A program made the position numbers and the translations under genes. The notes under the pieces are model-generated. The model was given only the letters and a program-made list of their open reading frames with translations, was not told the DNA's origin and ran no database searches. 48,787 nucleotides of DNA from Nitrospinota bacterium (GTDB taxonomy: Bacteria; UBA8248), in contig JASLZZ010000045.1 of NCBI GenBank assembly GCA_030754595.1, positions 1 through 48,787 of the forward strand, in the 5' to 3' direction. Shown here one piece after another: positions 44,050 to 48,787 of this stretch; position 1 is the first letter of the stretch, and every line of letters starts with the position of its first letter.

Positions 44050-45507
44050 TTAGAACGTGTGGCGAAGTTCCCAGAAAAGCGCCCACGAGTCGTCGAAGGC
44101 ACGGGTACCCGCATCAGAGGATTTCCCGTAGTCGCCGGCAAACATGTGTGCATAGGTCAGCCTCGCCCAGAGGCCCTTGTAGATGTCGTACTTGGCCGAG
44201 ATGTCGAGCTCGGTACCGATGCTCTTATCCGAAACGAACAGGGTGTCGGCAATGCCGTCGGCATCGGTGTCGATATCGGCCCGCGCAGCGGCCGAACGGA
44301 TGAAGGAAATGTTACCTTCAAGCCCGAGCTGCTTGGTGAGCTTGTACTTGAGCAACAGCTCGTAAATGTGCGAGCCGTTGCCCCTGGCGCCGCCGTCGCC
44401 GTTGCCGCACCGGTTATCGGTAAAGCCGACGACCTTCGTGCTGTAACGGCGTCTGGTGTAAAGCTGCGGGCCGTCGATCGCGCAGCCGGAGCCGGTGCTG
44501 TCGCCGTTCCTCATCGAGGTGAAGCGGGTCAGCTTGTTGTCGGGCTGAGTGCCGAAGTCGCCCGTGGCGCTCGTGATATCTTTGTCGCCAGGCAACCAGG
44601 AGCCGTAGAAACCAACCTTCAGCTTGCCAAAGTTCAGCCAGCTGCGGATCAAGACGGCATAACCCTCGACGTCGAGGTCAGAACGCCCGTCGGCGTTGAC
44701 GCCGCGGCTGAAGTCAATCTCACCGTTGTTGATCACGCCCGTGGCCTTGATGCTCGCGATTCCGAACTTGGCGTTCAGGTGGAGAGCGTAATACCAGATG
44801 TCCCTGTCGGACGAGGCTGCGGTGGGCAGGTTGGTTGTTCCATCCAGTATCGTGTTGCCCGCGTTCGCGCCGTCAGCGTTCTCGGGGTCGAGGTTATTCA
44901 ACCGCTCGTTGCCGGTACCTTTATTGTACTGCCAACCGATCCAGGGGGTGAGGGTGATGTTCGGAGCAGCCTTCCACGTGAGCGCAGCGTAGTAGTCGTT
45001 GTCGTCGGTGTATGTACTATCGCCCTCAGACAGCTGGCTGTTCCAGGCGTTGAGGCTGACGGTCTTCGTCAGTTTGCCGTAAATGCCGTGGCCCCACTGA
45101 CGGTAGACGCCGGCGCCGCCGATAATCTCGCCTGTCGGGTCTTTCCAGTCAGACCGGGCGAAGCGGTAGCGAAGCGTGGTTCCAGGAACGGCGAAGTCGA
45201 CCGAGAGCTTGTTGAAGTCGACATTAGGCCGGGCGGTGGTGTCGAAGGAGCTGTTACTACCGGCGTTCAGCTCGGCAACGGCCTTGATCTTGCCTTTCAG
45301 CGAGGTGGCCGTGAACTTCGGACGCCAGAGAGAGTCGTGACTCTGGTCCGAGTCGTGCGCAGTGTCATCCCTGTCCGTATCCTCGCTCGCAGAGCCGCGA
45401 TAACGGAACAGGCCCGTGTACTTGAAATCAGCGGCGGAGACGATGTCGGGGGCCGCGACGGCGAGCGTCACGATCACGACAGCCAGCGCCATAAAGAATT
45501 TTCGCAT
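44050..45507 (-). CDS. outer-membrane beta-barrel protein (major porin-like)
   Basis: Sec signal peptide (..VSA-A), alternating amphipathic strands, C-terminal WELRHTF ending in Phe, strong AAGGAG RBS, own terminator. Confidence 0.82.
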   Translation of the reverse strand: MRKFFMALAVVIVTLAVAAPDIVSAADFKYTGLFRYRGSASEDTDRDDTAHDSDQSHDSLWRPKFTATSLKGKIKAVAELNAGSNSSFDTTARPNVDFNKLSVDFAVPGTTLRYRFARSDWKDPTGEIIGGAGVYRQWGHGIYGKLTKTVSLNAWNSQLSEGDSTYTDDNDYYAALTWKAAPNITLTPWIGWQYNKGTGNERLNNLDPENADGANAGNTILDGTTNLPTAASSDRDIWYYALHLNAKFGIASIKATGVINNGEIDFSRGVNADGRSDLDVEGYAVLIRSWLNFGKLKVGFYGSWLPGDKDITSATGDFGTQPDNKLTRFTSMRNGDSTGSGCAIDGPQLYTRRRYSTKVVGFTDNRCGNGDGGARGNGSHIYELLLKYKLTKQLGLEGNISFIRSAAARADIDTDADGIADTLFVSDKSIGTELDISAKYDIYKGLWARLTYAHMFAGDYGKSSDAGTRAFDDSWALFWELRHTF

Positions 45508-45897
45508 TCACTTTCTCCTTGATTACCAATATTCGTTGGATTTCTGAATTACTTTTGAATCGCTTTTATTGCTCGCTTCTTGTTGCTCTTTGGCACTCCG
45601 TTCGCTCTACCCTAAGACATCACCTCCCCTCTTTTTGGATTTCTAATCCCAAACTCTCAAAAAGGCGAGACGCAATACAAATCGCCCTTCAAAAAAACCC
45701 GGTCTAAACGATCACCAGCGCGGAAAACCAAAAAACCCGCTCAGGTAATCCGCCCTATCAACTACGGCGTACCAATATATGGCAAGCCATCATACCCCCG
45801 TATTACTTCGGCGCCGCGCAAAAAATCACGCACGCAATTCCAACAACCAGCGCCCACAGTAAGGGGGGGCCTGTTTTCACTACGCTGAAACATTGGC

Positions 45898-45927
45898 ATT
45901 TTAACTGTCTGGGAAATTGAGAGTCAA
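45898..45927 (-). promoter_or_regulatory. sigma70-type promoter upstream of the porin gene
   Basis: - strand TTGACT, 18 nt, TAAAAT with AT-rich upstream sequence. Confidence 0.6.
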
Positions 45928-46016
45928 GGAGAATCTAGAAAAATCAATGGGATATCGCCGTAAAAACAAAAATAATACGAATCTATCGAATAAAATGCGA
46001 ATATTTGTTGAAAAAC

Positions 46017-47948
46017 CTATCTAGAAAGGGGGAAAAGATAGACGGTGGTCCTTTTTTTGGAAAAGTACCTCCCCTCCGTCACCGCCACAACAATGAGGTC
46101 GTTCCGGCCATTATTGGTGGCGTCTCCATAGGCAAAATCGACAACCCCCCCCTGAAGTTTTTGGGAACGCCATATCTCTGAGAGCCCGGTTCCATCCCAG
46201 ATAATGCTGACGATGGCGCCACTTGATACTCCGAGCCCGGGAGCGATACGCGTCGCCTCGTATTCATTCGCAATGGTGAGAAGTTCGTTCACCTGATCGC
46301 CGTCGGTGTCCACGACGAGAAGGCGGGAGCGGATATGCAATTTGGGATTGGTATCGGTGGCCAAGGATTCCGTTCCCAAAAGGTCGGTGCGATATACGTT
46401 GGCCGGAACGCCGTAGCGGGCCGCGCTGGTGTGCCTTATCTCGCCCCCGCGTGTGTAGATCCGCAAAAAATCATCCTTGCCGATCTCGACCACCTGCGGC
46501 TTGCCGCTGCCCTCCATATCCCAAAGCCCAAGGCCAAGAATATCGAGGCCGTCCGGCATGGCGTAGGGTGCGGCCCGAACGAGCTTTTTAACGCCCGACC
46601 AGCGAAAGCGGTAAATCTGCCCCTCAAGGGGTTTTTCGAAACCCGAATACTGGCCTAACAGGAGATAGGCCTCCTTATCAGGCAGTTTAACCTTCGGATT
46701 GATCGGCCGGCGACGGAAGAGGCGGTAAAATATGATCTGGTTTTTGGCCAGCTTGATAAACTTCCTGCCTCTAAGCTCGAGCACCATGGATAAAAGGGAG
46801 TCGCCCCGGTAATTGGCGATGTAAATCTCGGGAATTCCGTTTCCGTTCATGTCCCCGATGTCGAGCCACCGGAAATCGTTCCCGACACCCTCGTCAAACC
46901 GAACCAACTCACGCATTTTTCCGGCCCTTACCTGGTAAACGATCACCGCCGTGGGGGTGATGACAATCACCTCGTTTTTTCCGTCCTGGTTGACGTCGGC
47001 AATCGAAACCCCCTTGGCCTCCACACCAGAAAAAATAAAGCTCTTGGCGTTTCCCCGGGCCGTGGGAATTCCCGATTTTTCCGTAATGAAGGACTGATTC
47101 GGAACTCCTCTGGGGCGCCCTCCCCCGCCGCGTCGAAGGGCCCGCTCCTTGGGCGCTTGTAGCTCGAAGGGCAATTCATCGGCGATGGCCACCGAGGAGA
47201 AAACCTCCTGCCGGGTATTCAGGGAATACAGGCGGCTGGTCAGCACCTTCTTTCCCTTGACCTCCCGGATAGTGTTCTCCACTACAAAGTCCCGGCGAAT
47301 CTGGTTTTTCAGTTTGACTGCATTGGCCGGCTTGAGAAGTTCGTCCGCCGCGAGACCGCTTTCAAGCAGCCAAACCTGGAGACGGTCCACGTCGAAAACA
47401 TCGAACCGGCCCTTAGAAAGAAAGAGGCGGGAGAGCTCCCGGGTTACAATTTCGGTGCTGAGCGACTCCGGTGTCTTGTTGATAAAGGGCAAGACGGCAA
47501 TTCGTATCTTCGCCGAAGAGAGCCGGACCTTGTCTTTAACCTTTGGAAGAAGTTTTTTCGGGGAGGTCATCTTCGTCATTCTCGCAATAGAGAATTTCTC
47601 TCGGACCTCGACAATTTCCGCCACTCCGATTTCATCTTCCAGGGTTCCTAGAATCGCCCCAGTAACCGGATGCCTGAACGGAGCACCCTTGCGCAGGACG
47701 GTAAGCTGAGTTCCTTTAACCGCCTGATCCTTTTGGCCGATACTGAGAAATACTTCACCCCCTTTCACCGCAACGATCTCCCCCTGGAGATAAGGGAAAT
47801 TTTGGTGAAACTTATCGCTGATAACTTTCAGGGCGCGGCGAAAATCATTTTCCTGGGCAGCGGCCCGAGCATAGAATCCGGAGCAAACCAACACCGTCAA
47901 ACACACCGGCAGACAGGCTGCCCGCAAAAACCTTCTTGTCACAATCAA
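46017..47948 (-). CDS. secreted protein with FlgT/CsgG-like N-terminal region and FG-GAP/VCBS beta-propeller repeats
   Basis: Signal peptide; HPVTG.ILG motif; RIAVLPF.N; repeated DVNQDGKNE, DMNGNGIPE, DTDGDQVNE, DATNNGRND. Confidence 0.75.
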   Translation of the reverse strand: MIVTRRFLRAACLPVCLTVLVCSGFYARAAAQENDFRRALKVISDKFHQNFPYLQGEIVAVKGGEVFLSIGQKDQAVKGTQLTVLRKGAPFRHPVTGAILGTLEDEIGVAEIVEVREKFSIARMTKMTSPKKLLPKVKDKVRLSSAKIRIAVLPFINKTPESLSTEIVTRELSRLFLSKGRFDVFDVDRLQVWLLESGLAADELLKPANAVKLKNQIRRDFVVENTIREVKGKKVLTSRLYSLNTRQEVFSSVAIADELPFELQAPKERALRRGGGGRPRGVPNQSFITEKSGIPTARGNAKSFIFSGVEAKGVSIADVNQDGKNEVIVITPTAVIVYQVRAGKMRELVRFDEGVGNDFRWLDIGDMNGNGIPEIYIANYRGDSLLSMVLELRGRKFIKLAKNQIIFYRLFRRRPINPKVKLPDKEAYLLLGQYSGFEKPLEGQIYRFRWSGVKKLVRAAPYAMPDGLDILGLGLWDMEGSGKPQVVEIGKDDFLRIYTRGGEIRHTSAARYGVPANVYRTDLLGTESLATDTNPKLHIRSRLLVVDTDGDQVNELLTIANEYEATRIAPGLGVSSGAIVSIIWDGTGLSEIWRSQKLQGGVVDFAYGDATNNGRNDLIVVAVTEGRYFSKKRTTVYLFPLSR

Positions 47949-47978
47949 ACCTCATATCCATGCAATGGGTGAGACGAT

Positions 47979-48787
47979 CTACAGTGATGCCCTAAAGATT
48001 CCCTTTGTTCCCGCCAAACGATCTCCGAGCCCCCGACCCTTTTTGTCGATAATCGTGCGAATTTGCCCCAAACCCGCGGGTAGAATGGCGGCAAGGGTTC
48101 CGAAATACCGGAGAACCGCTTGCATGTATCCCACGGGTTGATCCCCCAGATCAACCACCACCAGACCAGCAACGCGCTGGCCGGGCGCTCCTCCCCAGCC
48201 CCCAATGAAATAAACCGCATAGAAAAACGAGAGCAAGAACAAAGTAACCAGATCGAGGGTCAATACCAAGGCGAGAGCCTCCATATTCGAATAAATCGAA
48301 TCAACTACCTGGCGAACGATAAAATGCGTCCCGATGGCAAAAGCACCTTCAAGAGTTCCAATGAGAACAGTATCGACAACTCCCGCGATCAGGCGGTTCT
48401 GAACAGAGGCTTCCATTTCCTCCCGGTGCTCTATCGGCGCCTCTTCTTCGGCCGGCTCCTCCACCGCCACAGGGGCAGGAACCTCTTCGGCATCATCATC
48501 CACGAACGCATCTATTTCCCCTTCGTCACCAAACGGGTCTGCAGCGCTCGCCGGCTCGAAGTCCTCTTCGTCAACTTCATCGCTGTCCTCGAACCCGCCT
48601 TCTTCATTGATTTCAACTTCTCCACCCGCATCGTCTAGGAGGGCATCGAGTTCATCTTGGCCAACGATGTCCTCTCCTTCGGATGGAAGCTCTCCAAACT
48701 CTTCATCATCGTCTAAGGATGGGGTGTCGGGTCCTTCGCCACCCTCTCCCTCGAGAGATAGCTCCGCCAAATCATCTTCGCCAGAAC
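47979..48787 (-). CDS. RDD-family membrane protein with long acidic N-terminal region (5' end outside window)
   Basis: NRLIAGVVD, Y.VYF..G.APGQRVAGL.VV, R.LGDRLAGT; Asp/Glu-rich linker; frame open to the window edge. Confidence 0.8.
   Translation of the reverse strand, partial: SGEDDLAELSLEGEGGEGPDTPSLDDDEEFGELPSEGEDIVGQDELDALLDDAGGEVEINEEGGFEDSDEVDEEDFEPASAADPFGDEGEIDAFVDDDAEEVPAPVAVEEPAEEEAPIEHREEMEASVQNRLIAGVVDTVLIGTLEGAFAIGTHFIVRQVVDSIYSNMEALALVLTLDLVTLFLLSFFYAVYFIGGWGGAPGQRVAGLVVVDLGDQPVGYMQAVLRYFGTLAAILPAGLGQIRTIIDKKGRGLGDRLAGTKGIFRASL

Noticed and set aside
44059..45522. 487-aa + strand ORF mirroring the porin
   Set aside because: Antisense frame kept open by the porin's biased codon usage; no RBS or motifs.

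Overview
A GC-rich bacterial window of mostly housekeeping and accessory metabolic genes. The futalosine-type menaquinone genes, the class-V aminotransferase-serA-hisZ-purA run and an outer-membrane porin point to a diderm, possibly Nitrospinota/Deltaproteobacteria-like lineage (inference only). The strongest hidden signal is two genes that the ORF track misses or breaks because each has an in-frame TGA at a catalytic-Cys position followed by a SECIS-like hairpin: an Rdx/SelW-family protein with a CxxU motif (6514..6750, -) and an OsmC-like protein with U in place of the peroxidatic Cys (9870..10430, +). They bracket a PhlABC-like pair (HMG-CoA-synthase-like/DUF35 fusion without the catalytic Cys, plus a thiolase), followed by a QueG/reductive-dehalogenase-like Fe-S protein. 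Other notable items: an integrase-free insertion bounded by a duplicated 3' end of an aminotransferase gene; a repeat-rich mosaic around an orphan ABC permease; a UDP-GlcNAc cluster with a split GlmU plus an archaeal-type bifunctional GlmU; a degenerate sigma54-type regulator; a sigma70 promoter with two CRP-type boxes upstream of a PaaK-thiolase-DUF35 module; and candidate structured RNAs. No rRNA, tRNA, CRISPR array, transposase or integrase was seen. All family calls come from motif reading, not database searches.
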